Assembly: GCA_002633005.1 (NCBI GenBank)
Contig: NMRA01000399.1
Location: forward strand, 91,570-155,569
Length of the DNA: 64,000 nucleotides
Reading direction: 5' to 3'
DNA from: Phoronis australis
Lineage: Eukaryota > Animalia > Phoronida
Below, piece by piece: positions 24,023-36,114 of this stretch (position 1 is the first letter of the stretch; each line of letters begins with the position of its first letter). The notes beneath the pieces are model-generated. The model was not told where the DNA came from. It saw only the letters and a list, made by a program, of their open reading frames with translations, and did no database searches. Position numbers and translations under genes: made by a program.

Positions 24023-24863
24023 TTTTTACATCTTAGTTAGGTTATGCAATTGCCACCAGATGCCGCCCTATTGAATATCTTTGATTTTTAGATTGTTAGC
24101 TCACGTGTTTATTTGATAATAGCACATTGTGTTTTTCACGCACTTTTACTCATTTTAGATTTGTCCTTGAAAAGCAATAGATGTATGTTTTATGCTTTAG
24201 AACTATATCAATATTGAACTTAATGTGTTTTACTGTTTTCTATGTCTACAACTGTACACACAGTTACTCCATGGATTAAACTCTGATCAAAAGATTTTAT
24301 TTGCATGCTTGGTGTTTTAAGAGATTCACCACGACAATCCAACTAGTAATAGTCGGATAAGTGAGTTCCCGATTTCAAAATAATTTGAGAACCAGTTACT
24401 CCCACTGCATAAATCCTGTTATCCAGTGGGAGTAACTGGTTCTCAAATCAAAGACTGATCTATCTGACCAGCATGCTGTCTAAGCCCAAGAGTCAACTCT
24501 AATCACAGTGAGCTGCAAGTTCATGTTACATTGAGCCCTATATAATTCCCCTATTTTGGTTAACTTTGAAAGATCATAGTTGATAGATGGCTGCTTGGAA
24601 TCAAATGAAACTTCCTGATACTATACTTTACGCTCTGCTCTGTTACGAATGTTCTACAAACTTGTGATATTTTCTGAAAATACAAATTTTATAAAAAAAC
24701 AGGAGGCATTATCTCAATATTCACACTGGGTTATTCTTTCAAAATTTCCTGGTTTACAATTTTTAAACTGCACTGGATCTTCTATCATTGCTTGTTATGT
24801 GACTGATTTCCATTTAAACTTGTAATTATATTGTCATTGGATTTTCAAAACTTTATTATTCAG

Positions 24864-25065
24864 AGAAAAAGAAGATCAGAGGTAAAGTAGTGTCATCTTT
24901 GACCCCGGAGAAAGAGGTGGGACTTTACTGGGGTTACAACGTGAGGATAGCCAATAGCATTAGTGGGGTGTTCACAGAATGCCCATATAAGGCAGGTTAT
25001 GACATCACCATAGGAACATCAGAGCGAGGCTCCAATGTGGATGAATTTAAACTGCCAGGGTTTAG
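24864..25065 (+). CDS. SPOUT1: SPOUT1 exon 8 (duplicate copy)
   Basis: Same as 21586-21787 except a synonymous TCC>TCT change. Confidence 0.8.
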
Positions 25066-25493
25066 GTAAGCCATGTTTATAGGGAAGGGGTTGTAAGTTC
25101 AAACTGCTATTTTGGATTTATTGGTCATAATCACTGTGAATAACCAAGACACAGATGAAAATAAATTCAAAGGAGAAATCAAAATAAGGTTTTTAGAATT
25201 GTTATAAAACTACAAATCCCTTGTAGTCTTTGTGAAGTATTTTCATTTGCACTTGCCACACTTTTATCCATGTTCCGGGTCCTTGTTAAAGGGACATTGG
25301 AGAGAAAGGGAAGAATAATGAAAGAATCTCACCTTTGTAACTGTATTCTAGATTGAAAAATAACTGTTACTTGTCTTTGAATTTTCAAAAGTTGTGCACT
25401 GTAAGTGAAGTTAATGAAAAAAATTCCGTGTAACCATAGCAACTAGTCGCCTTCAACATGATCCCTCTGATGAGCTCCTTACACAAACCGTAA

Positions 25494-25628
25494 ATTTGGT
25501 GACTCTCCACGGAATATTTGGTAACTCTCCACGGAATATTTGGTAACTCTCCACGGAATATTTGGTAAATCTCCACGGAATATTTGGTAACTCTCCACGG
25601 AATATTTGGTAACTCTCCACGGAATATT
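25494..25628. repeat. 22-bp minisatellite, about 6 copies (4 copies at 22236-22325)
   Basis: Unit ATTTGGTAACTCTCCACGGAAT. Confidence 0.9.
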
Positions 25629-25684
25629 TCACACAAAAATAAAGTAATTGTTTTAAAAAGCCTTTTGCATTGCTGTAATTAAAG

Positions 25685-25953
25685 TTGTTTTATGTTTGTG
25701 GAGAAATTTGACAAAATAAGACTCTCTTGCCGTCCATATTGCGTGCTATATATTGTTTTGTGTTTGTGGAGAAATTTGACAAAATAAGACTCTCTTGCTG
25801 TCCATATTGTGTGCTACATATTGTTTTGTGTTTGTGAAGAAATTTGACAAAATAAGACTCTCTTGCCGTCCATATTGTGTGCTATATATTGTTTTGTGTT
25901 TGTGGAAAATTTTGACAAAATAAGACTCTTGCTGTCCATGTTGTGTGCTATAT
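25685..25953. repeat. About 68-bp tandem repeat, 4 copies
   Basis: Unit TTGTTTTGTGTTTGTGGAGAAATTTGACAAAATAAGACTCTCTTGCCGTCCATATTGTGTGCTATATA. Confidence 0.9.
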
Positions 25954-27170
25954 AAGTGAAGAAGTGTAAACTGTGCCTTTAGTAGTGAGGCTGTGTATGA
26001 AGATGGGAACTATTTGACAGCTTTGGCTTTACATCATGAAATTAAATTCAAAATGTATATCCAACGAATGAATAACTTGTCTTGTTGGCAGAAATTGATT
26101 CCCATGGTGATTAAAGTTTTTCAGAAAAAATTGATGTGTACAGTTAGCACGATCAGGGAATTTGTTTTGAGTAAACTGGTTTACACAGGCTGCAATTTGT
26201 TTTTTGAATGAGAATATCCATGACATGTAGCTGAATATTGAATATTCATTACTTATTGAATATTCATTACTTATTCGTCCTGTGTAATAAACATCATCCT
26301 GGCAAGGTTCGTTGATAACTACACATCCAAAATTGGAAACTAATGTCGGTGTTTACAGGATGGGTTTATGTTGAGTTAATAGCGCACAGTTAACGCAAGT
26401 AATTGATACGTGATAATTACAATAATTATGATAATTATTACTTTATTGTGACTGACCACAGTAATTGACTTAACTGTTTTGCTACATTTTCTTGATGGAA
26501 AAACATATTGCGATCAGTGGCAACAAAACACTGCCATAGTGTTTTGTGTGCACGTAGGTCAACAAAAAATCCATGATTTGAGACAAAAGTTATTACTAAA
26601 GCTGTCATTATTCCCAGTTGAGATGAGCAAAAACATAGGTGTGGGACTCCTTTACAAATACAAAGGTGTGGGATTCCCTTACCTTGCAGGATTTAATACA
26701 CAAAAATATACAAAGAAAAAACCGCATAGCTATGATTATCTAGAATAGTTTGTAATACACAGTCTGGAGAAGATAGAGAATAGTGATTTACAAGATGTAG
26801 CTTTACATTGTTCATGAAACTTTCATTGCTGACCATCTCATTGTAAACTTGTCCAAATTTTTTTATAAATGTATCTCAGAATAGTAATACAGATCTACTT
26901 CGTTTTGCAATGGAATATAGTTAAATTTGGCGGTTTACCCCTGAGACATTGCTTATGTACTGGAAAAGGAAAAACTGAAACATATCCTTTTTAAAATTTT
27001 TAAGGGGTTGCCACATTGCTACTAATGGACACAATTTTGTGTAGTGTTTGTTTTGTGTCATTTGTTTAGTGCTATGGAAAACAGCCTCAGTTTGGTACAA
27101 AATAATTACTAAAGATGCCATATTTTTATTTTCCAGTGGTCTAACAAATTGTTGCAAATGCTTGAAAATG

Positions 27171-27442
27171 TACAGCAATAGCTACACTGTGCAAACCATG
27201 TCAGTACAGCAATAGCTACACTGTGCAAACCATGTCAGTACAGCAATAGCTACACTGTACAAACCATGTCAGTACAGCAATAGCTACACTGTGCAAACCA
27301 TGTCAGTACAGCAATAGCTACACTGTGCAAACCATGTCAGTACAGCAATAGCTACACTGTGCAAATCATGTCAGTACAGCAATAGCTACATTGTGCAAAC
27401 CATGTCAGTACAGCAATAGCTACACTGTACAAACCATGTCAG
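27171..27442. repeat. 34-bp minisatellite, 8 copies
   Basis: Unit TACAGCAATAGCTACACTGTGCAAACCATGTCAG. Confidence 0.95.
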
Positions 27443-27511
27443 CTATCTTATAGACCTAATTCACGCCAATAGGAGGCGCGTTTCAAAACGAGGCTCACTA
27501 CGATAGCTCTG

Positions 27512-27665
27512 TTGGCTTATCAGCATAGTTATATTCCGCGTTGCTCGAATGGCTAGAAAAAATATGGACACTCAACTGTCTGCTTTACAATCCCTAAGGA
27601 CGTTGAGATTCGGAAGCGTTGGGTCGTTGCCATTCACCGCGACAAAGGAAAATATGTCAGTGTAA
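27512..27665 (+). pseudogene. Decayed THAP domain N-terminal half
   Basis: Manual translation: LAYQHSYIPRCSNG*KKYGHSTVCFTIPKDVEIRKRWVVAIHRDKGKYV (xPxC...F-x-x-P-x-D...R-x-x-W pattern), with an in-frame stop. Confidence 0.6.
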
Positions 27666-28485
27666 AATTTATAAATGTTTTCGAAAAGTTAGATCATAGT
27701 TTGTCGCATCTTGGTTGCCGAGCATCATAGCAACGACCGGTGAATCTTTCACCAGCCAAGCTGTGTTTTCATTACTACGGCTTGAAACATGATGCATTTT
27801 TGTTTCTAAAACAGACAGGGCCCTTAATCCCTTGATTTTGGGGCCAAATATCGGCCGTATTCCCATCTTATATTGAAAAATCACGTGAAATTCCCCCCAC
27901 GAAGCCTTATTAAAATTCCCCTAGTGATTGAAAATTTCTCTCCGAAGTTGAAATCGCCCGCCTGTAACCACACAAGTGACAATTTGAAAAAGCACAAAAT
28001 GCCACTTGAGACAGAGTCTATGAAAGCTCACAACAGGGCAGGGGTGCTATTGATGGTGATCGGGAGGTAGATTTTTCACCTCACTCAGCAAAAAATTCCC
28101 TCGGATGAACGATGCCCCTAGAGAAACATGATAACTATGTTTGTTCCAGGGGTGGATCCAGGATTTTTAAGTTGGGGGGAGGGGCAGGACAAATTGATCT
28201 CTAATTTAACGAAATATGCTTTGGACGAAAGAATTAGGTGTTTTAATTTTAAAATTCAACTTGGTCCAGATTGATATTTGAAACCTAACACATGAAATAG
28301 ACGTAATTATCAAAATCAAGAAAGCAGAATTGATGGTCAAATAATTTTTATTTTCAATTATGCGCCTGGTTTTTTATCTTAATAAAATATATATTTAATA
28401 ACATCAATTATTCTTTTAGTGCCTAACTTAAACCAGGACCTAGGCTATGTTTGATGCTAATATTCTTGATCACCAAATTAAACCA

Positions 28486-28570
28486 GATGTGACTAACTGC
28501 ACGATGTGACTAACTGCACGATGTGACTAACTGCACGATGTGACTAACTGCACGATGTGACTAACTGCAC
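28486..28570. repeat. 17-bp minisatellite, 5 copies
   Basis: Unit GATGTGACTAACTGCAC. Confidence 0.92.
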
Positions 28571-29882
28571 ATGACTGCAAAATGTGATGAGCCACTACTG
28601 CCAAATATATCTTCAACTCTAACAATACGAGCAGATGACCAATTTACAAGAAGAAACGTAACCCTGCATTCAGCATAATTATTCTGTAACACTACGATCG
28701 CCTCAGTTTGGTCATATTTATTTTAATTCATGTTTCGAACCTAGTTTTCCGAAAAAAAAAACAGTGCATTGACATGTTCTCTAATGTATTTTTCCACGTC
28801 TCTGTGGTTAATGATTGATTTAATGTCCAGGTTGGACACGAAAGACTGGCCATTTAACTCGCACAGTGTCAACTTCCGTTTTGTTTATCGCAGTAAGCCT
28901 CGCTTTAGATTTTAATGGCCGCCACGTGAATTAGGTCAGAACTTGATTATCTGGTGACTACTTATCATTTGTGAAAATAAAATGAAGAAGTAAAATTTTC
29001 CATGCCTGCCATATTGTGTCTCTAAATTGGTGATATTTTAACATAAAGCACTTTTCACTATTATCACGCGAGTGTTTAACGAAATTGCCTCTTGGGAATT
29101 AGAACATCCATGATGAAGATTACAGTGACAAATCAAATTAATTAAGAGAGCTACAACTTATCAGTCAAGAGAGGTCAAGAAAATCTTGAACGTGTGATTT
29201 GAAGTAAATTGAGAAACAAAAGCCATGCCTCTTGTACAGACCTCGTTATAATCGACAAGTTTGAGAGAGTTTCAATTGCCAATACTAGAACTAGGATTCC
29301 TCTGGAAAATTTAATTGGGCCTGTGCCCTCCAAACTTTATTTGGATCCTTAAATTACTCAAAGTCTTGAATATCGTAAAGGTTTGATTAAAGTTTGACGG
29401 TCATTTTGGGGTGGTACTGAATAGTAAACTCTCGCCTATGTACGACACAGTTTGGTAATTTTTCCATGAAATTTACGCAGCACAAAATCGAACTTTTTTG
29501 AGGAAAATGTTTGTACCACAGCTACCATGTGACAAAAATTTTGAAAACTTATGAGCCGTTGAAAAATAAATAAAGGGAATTTTCTGCAATTATTTTTGTA
29601 TGAAGTCAGTGAGATTCAGGACACAGTGTAGCTGACATTAGTGAAACTTTATGTTTTCATTTTTTAATAAAAGATTATTAACATCAAATAAATGTTATAC
29701 CGTGTTAAAGTACATGCCATACCTACATTGTGTCTAAAACAATGTTTCTGAGAAAATGTGGACTTTCAGAACAATGATTGATAGCAGCTTTTAAAAATGA
29801 AAAAAGACTAATTTTGGGAATTATTTTTGTCTGAAATTTATGAGATTTTACGATAGTGCAGTGTTTTGCATCTTTATTGCAG

Positions 29883-30030
29883 GCATCTCTTAATTGTATT
29901 TGGCGGTCTTCAGGGTTTAGAGGCTAGTTTGGACGTTGACAGTAAGCTGGACGTCGAGGACCCGAGTCTTTTGTTCGACTATTACTTGAACACGTGTCCA
30001 CAACAAGGTAGTCGGACTATCAGGACTGAG
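29883..30030 (+). CDS. SPOUT1: SPOUT1 exon 9
   Basis: RHLLIVFGGLQGLEASLDVDSKLDVEDPSLLFDYYLNTCPQQGSRTIRTE. Boundaries TTGCAG| and GAG|GTGAGA. Confidence 0.96.
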
Positions 30031-30211
30031 GTGAGACTGATGGGGGGAGCTATCAGGACTGAGGTGAGACTGGTGCGGGGAGCATCAGGACTGAGGTGAG
30101 ACTGGTGCGGGGAGCATCAGGACTGAGGTGAGACTGGTGCGGGGAGCATCAGGACTGAGGTGACACTGGTGCGGGGAGCATCAGGACTGAGGTGAGACTG
30201 ATGCAGGGAGC
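30018..30211. repeat. 32/33-bp tandem repeat, 6 copies, spanning the exon 9 donor
   Basis: Unit (T)ATCAGGACTGAG|GTGAGACTGGTGCGGGGAGC. Confidence 0.95.
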
Positions 30212-30558
30212 TCTCATCAACGTAATGGGCGGGGCTTTGCTGCTGCAAAATCCAAACCAATGCAGTACCAGCAACCAAATACCTCAGATTGAAGAAAAAC
30301 TTTGCACAATATGAATTTAATGGACGCACCTGATTGCCACTCGTTTTGTTTAATACTCACCCAAGATGAACCCACTGACTATGCAGCAAAGGACCCTCAC
30401 GTTGCAGCTAAACATCAGAGATGTGTCTTTTGATATGTAAATTTTGATAGGTTGTGCTTTTCACATTTTTATTACTTTTGACCTAAGTTCACCTCACCGT
30501 TTATGAGATTCTTCCATACTATTGATTGATTTTGCTAAATGGAAATTCTGTTTTTCAG

Positions 30559-30624
30559 GAAGCTATCCTCGTCACAATGTCAGCACTGAGGCCACAGATT
30601 CAAGCTTTGAAACAATCCAGATGA
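30559..30624 (+). CDS. SPOUT1: SPOUT1 exon 10 (last coding exon)
   Basis: TTTTTCAG|EAILVTMSALRPQIQALKQSR* completes the conserved RTIRTEEA motif. Confidence 0.93.
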   Translation, partial: EAILVTMSALRPQIQALKQSR

Positions 30625-31884
30625 CCCTCTTGGAATGAAGTCGAGTTTACCACAGTTATGTTAACAATGCTTCTAGCACATATTCACCCATGTCTGTATA
30701 GGCACGTGCATTTGTATATAGAGCTAGACCTATCATATGCAGAAGTTGGCTCATGCGCCTTTATGCAAAACATTTTTAATGGATGGAACCAAGGAATAAC
30801 TTTTGAATTAATATGTGATCAAAGCTACAAAGTTGTTGATATTGACTTGTATTCAACTTAGCATCAGTTGTTCAAATGGAATTAAAAAGTACAAGAAATG
30901 ATCAGCAGACTCTAAGGAAAATGAATTTTAAGACAAAGTTACGTCTCTGAGTGGAGTAAAGGGTACATGCATCTTTATTCACAAAATTTGAGTGAAGCAT
31001 GGAACGTTTGAGATAAGCTTCCGGGGGGGTACCTTCCAGGGGGGGTACCGTCTGGGGGGGGGTACTTTGGTAGATTGTTGCCATACTTGGGCACTTTATC
31101 CGTCATTATTGCGCAGTGAGTTGTGATCATTTCAAAAGCAATACAATTAAAGGTTGTTGAACCCTTGTACGTGATTGTTTTGTCGCTAATCCGTATAGCC
31201 TATTAACCAGATTTCTAACAGCGTGTGATAAATGCTTTGGAAAGTTTGATGAATGAAATCAAAGTGGAATTATTATAACTATTTTTCTTGTACTGAAATG
31301 ATCATTTAGTTGACCGTGCTTTTTTATGCTAGAAGTTTTGTCAACTTTGACCTTTTCCTGTTTACTTTTATACTCTTTCCATGGTCCACAATATGCATTC
31401 AAGATCCAAAACTACTTTTCAATGGTCCACAAATTTTGGACAATACCATAAATATCAGATTGCTGTTCAGCAAATTTCGGACAAGGAAAATATGTTCTAG
31501 AAACACTCAATTTGAAACAACTTGAGACCAATTTCATAAATAAATAAAAAATTTGGAAGGTATTATTGCCATTTTAACCATAACTAACTTCTCATATACT
31601 AGGATAAGCTTCAACTTTTGTCATTATAACGATTTCAATTGTTTTAACGACAAATTATTAATTCAAAATTGAATTAGAAATGTTGCCAAGTAAATTCTTG
31701 GTTTAGTCCATTTATCATAACACCATATTACTATTTCTGGTTTGTGATGAAAGAACCCTTGCGGCGTTGGTGATTTTGTGGGCTGACAATTTTTTTAATC
31801 AAATGATTCAATTATCTACAATTTCGAGCAAGAATAGTCCGAAATTAAATCTAGCTTGGACAAGAACTGTCAATTCTGTTTTTG

Positions 31885-32670
31885 GGATTGTTCTGAAACC
31901 CCCTCGACCCACGACCCCCACAACCCCCTTGACTCATGACCCTCGACCCTGTCTATACAAAACCTCGACTAGATCTGAACATAGAACAAGCGCTGACTTG
32001 TAGGACCAATGAGTTGGGCCCGGAGATCGGCTGGCTTTTCTGTTTTTTTGCAATGAAGGCAGTCGATTCGACAAGTCTGAAAGCCAAAAACAGAAAAAAA
32101 CAACGCGACCAAATCAAATCAAAGACCTACCAACCTTAGAAATGTCGTTCCCGGCAGATTGTAATCGTCTCGTCTGCTCTTCAGTGAATTGCAGAGTGCG
32201 AGGAACCGACAAAATTGTAATTTTACCTGTAAATACAGTTTGAAATTACTAACTCTTGACTAAAAAGATTTCAACGCTATATGGAGTATATTGTGAACGA
32301 GTATAAAATAAAGCAAATAATAAAACTATTATGTACAATCACGTTAACGTACTCTCTCCCTAAGTTTATTAGAACCAGGCCATTGATAGCTGCTTATGAA
32401 ACTATTTCCGTGACAATGATAGCGCACTCACAATATACTGTTCAAGACCACCGGCGTTCTCTTGCCACTTTCTGTTTTTACTCACTAGACTTCAGCCAGA
32501 GCAGACTCTCGTGTAGGTATGTCTTATGGGAAAGTCACTCAGCGACGTAATAAGATTATGAAATATGTAAAAAGCACGCAGATACTTCTATTGCCCCAGG
32601 TCGTGGGTCAAGGGGGTTGTGGGTCGTGGGTTGCAGGGGTGTGGGGGTGGAGGGGATTTCAGAACAATCC
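31885..32670. mobile_element. MITE with long C-rich/G-rich TIRs (Mutator-like, tentative)
   Basis: GGATTGTTCTGAAA-CCCCCTC...CACAACCCCCTTGAC is inverted to GTCAAGGGGGTTGTG...TTTCAGAACAATCC. Flanks TGTTTTTG / TGTTTTTT resemble an imperfect 8-9-bp TSD. Confidence 0.75.
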
Positions 32671-34224
32671 TGTTTTTTGTGCATTTTTGTGTGGACAATA
32701 CATTGTCAGGTCTTGTGATAAGCACGTGACTAGGACCTGAAGAGTTCTGGCCTTTATCATAAACCTGACTGTGTTATGTACACAATATCTGCTTGTTGTA
32801 TAAGTCATCTGGTGTGATTAGCTGTCTCTGACTTGGACCTGAAAAAGGTTTGTGCAAATCACCAATCTTGTTTACTGCAAACTGCTTAAAGAGTTCCCAC
32901 CATGACCCTGTGTCTCAAAAGGAATTTTATTATTACATCTTAACAGATTTAATAGCCTTTAGTACACCTGTTGCTACGAAACAAGCTAAAAATTTTAAAA
33001 ATATATTTTTCTGTAATCGAGTTTGTATGCAATGGGTGGAAGACCGCCTCAGCTGTTGTTGTTTTACCAGTGCGATACTGAGGAGTTGTGAAGAAAGTCC
33101 GCGGGGAGCCGTCTTTTTTAGACATGAAAAGGTGCGTTTGTGGAAACTGTGGTAACAACAACTTGACTGTGAACGTCTTTGTGTTCAAATTACCTAAATA
33201 CGTGAAATTTGCACAGAAATGACATCGGTTTGTCATGGGCGGCGCACCATAGGGGCCTGGGGTAGGGCTAAATCCCCCCACTTTTTCAGGGCTAAGCCGC
33301 CCATGGTCTAAAGGCGGTGCAACACAGGAGGNTTTCAGTGCTGCGTCACCCATGATTTTGTGCCGAACAAGAGTGTGGAGTGTCAGTGTGGAACATGAGA
33401 TTCAGTTTTGCGTAAGCCACACTTTGATCGGCACATTTCAAAGAATCGTGTTTCGACCACACACATAAGCGGCGTTACAATGAAGGACTCACCACCAAGT
33501 ACATGTGAGTGCATTTGCAAATTTTGTAAATAACGAACAAACTGCTTCCATTCTAGGGCGAGTGATGCCAGGCCCTGGACCCCGGCCCAGATCGAGTGTT
33601 ACTACAAGTAGGCTTATGCATATTGTGTTTAGACTGTGCGGCTCATTCCATCACGGCAATACTGAATAAGAGTAACCCAGGTTTGCTGTGGCCTTTGTCA
33701 GTAATTATTAAGTGTCTATTTTGTGAGTATTGACCACCACTTGGTAGAGTTGGTTGTGGCTCACATATGTCATTTCTCGTGCAAGTGGGTCGAATTCTTA
33801 TGGCCTCAAAGCCGATGAAAGTTCGCTCAATGGGAAATCGAATTCATTGTCTGATTCTTCAAGTACTTAAGTATGCTGCCCGTATCCACTCTCCTCTCTG
33901 TCTGCATAATAATTGTCCAATTCTCGCCCAATTTTGTCATTGTCTTCTAACCTGCAGTGTTCCAACATTGCAAATGATTGTCAAGCGGCCAACCGTCTTC
34001 CACCCATTGCATCATTTGGCGGGAAACTTAGAAATAAGTAATTTTTCTTCAAAATTAAGAAAGTTGCGACTATTTGGCATAAAAAGTGCCTATTTAGCAC
34101 GATTTTATGGTATTCGATTCATATTAGCTAACTGAAACCTAAAAAAGTAAGAAAATGCATGATGGGAACTCTTTAACTTGACAAAATAGTTCCCAAACTT
34201 GAATCCTGTTAAGTATGGAAATAT

Positions 34225-36114
34225 CAGGGCTTGGAATGACCCATGACAAAATAGAGGAATTTTTTTACTGCCCCAAATACACATTGCAACCTAAACAAGC
34301 ATACCTCAACAGATCGAAAGTAGGCATTATTATCACAAGATGTCCTGTAACTGTGTCGTGTTGCACTCATGTTAAGCAGTACCTGACATATATTTCAGCA
34401 ACAATAATGAAGGCAATAAGACGCAACAAAAGATATTTTTTTGAAATTAAAATAATAAAGATAATGATGCAAAATTTGCAGTGTGAGTGACAGAAGGTTA
34501 TTCTTGATTTGCTGCAGGGAGACCTATAAAATTATTTCCAGTTCTTATAATTACAAAACAAAATTATAAACAATGTTAAAAATTGATCCAGAGATTATCT
34601 GGAAAGCCTGAAATACATATACATATAACCAACAAAAAAATTTTAATTCCTACGCAAATGGAAAAAGTCAAGACGAAAACGTGTACCTCATTCTCCAAGT
34701 GTTAGCATGGAAAAATGAAAGTAAAAAACAACATACTTTAAACTATAGAAAACATCAGTCACAATCCTTAGTTGACCAAACTTTTCAGTTTCAAACAGTA
34801 ATTACAGGATTTAATTGTCCCTAAGCCACACTGGTGTAGAAGAAACTATGTGACATAAGAAATAACTTCAAGGACCTTGAAAATTGGCTGGCGGAATTTG
34901 TAAACAATGGCTTAGACCAATTAGATAAAATAAGACGTTTAACAAAATAAAACATGAAAAATGTTAAAATAAATTGGAATACATCAATGGCAACACATTT
35001 GCACGTGACGAAAATTGCACTTTGTGTCCCATGTCAGCGGCATGTAGAAAATCGAACTCGGGCCTAGCGGCAACTTGGCAAGTTCTGCCGTCATGGGCTT
35101 GTACGTGGGATCAAACAAAAGAATTCCATACGTCACTCACATCCCACGATTCCAATGCTTTTGCATTCCAAGTCCACGAATCACCGGTTATGGTTGAATT
35201 TCCTTTCAGAAAGCATTTTTCTTTCTTGTGTTTCACCGTTTTCAGATGGTCCTCCAACCTAGGCGATTGGGCCTCGCACGCCGTAATTGTCCCTCTGTCT
35301 AAGTTTACAGAGCGCAAACCCTGACTTTTGTTGTTTACGAACACATTGACCATTTCTTTTATCCACTTTTCCACGAAATATTCTATCTACTTCAAGCTCC
35401 ACGCATTTTTGGCCGCAGAATCGATCGCACTATTTGTCACCGCGATTTAATACCATATGCAGACACCATTGATGAACCACGCTATCCCAGGTGCCCCAGC
35501 AATTACAATTTTCATTCCTCCGAAACATAAAGAGCAGTGTCCACTTTTTGAGTTGTCGACGCTGCGGTTAGAAACCAGTTTGCCGTGGAAATTTTATGGC
35601 AAATCCGATTTTTTTTCGCGAATGCACAGAGGGAATAAGAAAAAAAGCGGAAATCCGTGTTTCCACGGAAAATTCCAAACCTTGAAATATTTGTTTTGTT
35701 TCGTGTTTTGAAGAAGCTGTCGACCTTAAATAAATAAAATGTTTTATTAATCTTTCAAAACTCATTTGATGGTCATTAATATCTGAACCTTGTTTACCAT
35801 AACAGAAAAGACAACATAAATTGCAGGAACGTAACTCTGTCTTTTCCAAAACAAAATGTTGAACGAGATGCCATTCGTTTAGCTTGGAATGACCAATGAC
35901 GAAAGAAGAGGAAAATTTTCCAGGTGATGTACCATTCCGCATATAAATAGGTTTGTGTGATTGAAATATTTTTGGTGTAGTTGTAAAATTTAATTGAAAT
36001 AAGTTTTGTGTGAATTAAGTCAAAACAATGATAAAGAGACAGAAAGACGGAACTGGAAATCTGATTAAACCAAAAAGAGGAGACCCTCTTAAAAGAGGAA
36101 AATTCCAAGCCTTG
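34225..36114. mobile_element. Composite hAT-like remnant(s)
   Basis: CAGGGCTTGGAAT at the left end and ATTCCAAGCCTTG at the right end. A second right end ATTCCAAACCTTG at about 35672 and a second left end GCTTGGAATGACC at about 35882. No TSD visible. Confidence 0.5.

Larger units (their letters stand above)
22327..25628 (+). repeat. Near-identical second copy of about 19720-22325, including SPOUT1 exons 7-8; probable uncollapsed haplotype
   Basis: Starts right after the single N at 22326, is colinear with SNPs and small indels, and both ends lie in minisatellites. Confidence 0.9.
27452..28938 (+). mobile_element. Non-autonomous TIR transposon with a THAP remnant and nested insertions (PIF/Harbinger-ISL2EU-like, tentative)
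   Basis: Perfect 13-bp inverted ends GACCTAATTCACG (27453-27465) and CGTGAATTAGGTC (28925-28937). THAP-like frame just inside the left end. Confidence 0.65.

Noticed and set aside
22599-25065. Mutually exclusive exon cassette in SPOUT1
   Set aside because: The peptides are identical, the introns are also duplicated, and the junction is a single N. A haplotype artefact is more parsimonious.
35111-35374. 87-aa ORF with LEDHLKTVKHKK, reminiscent of a BED/C2H2 finger end
   Set aside because: No CxxC partner in frame and no splice support. At most a decayed transposase fragment in the hAT-like remnant.
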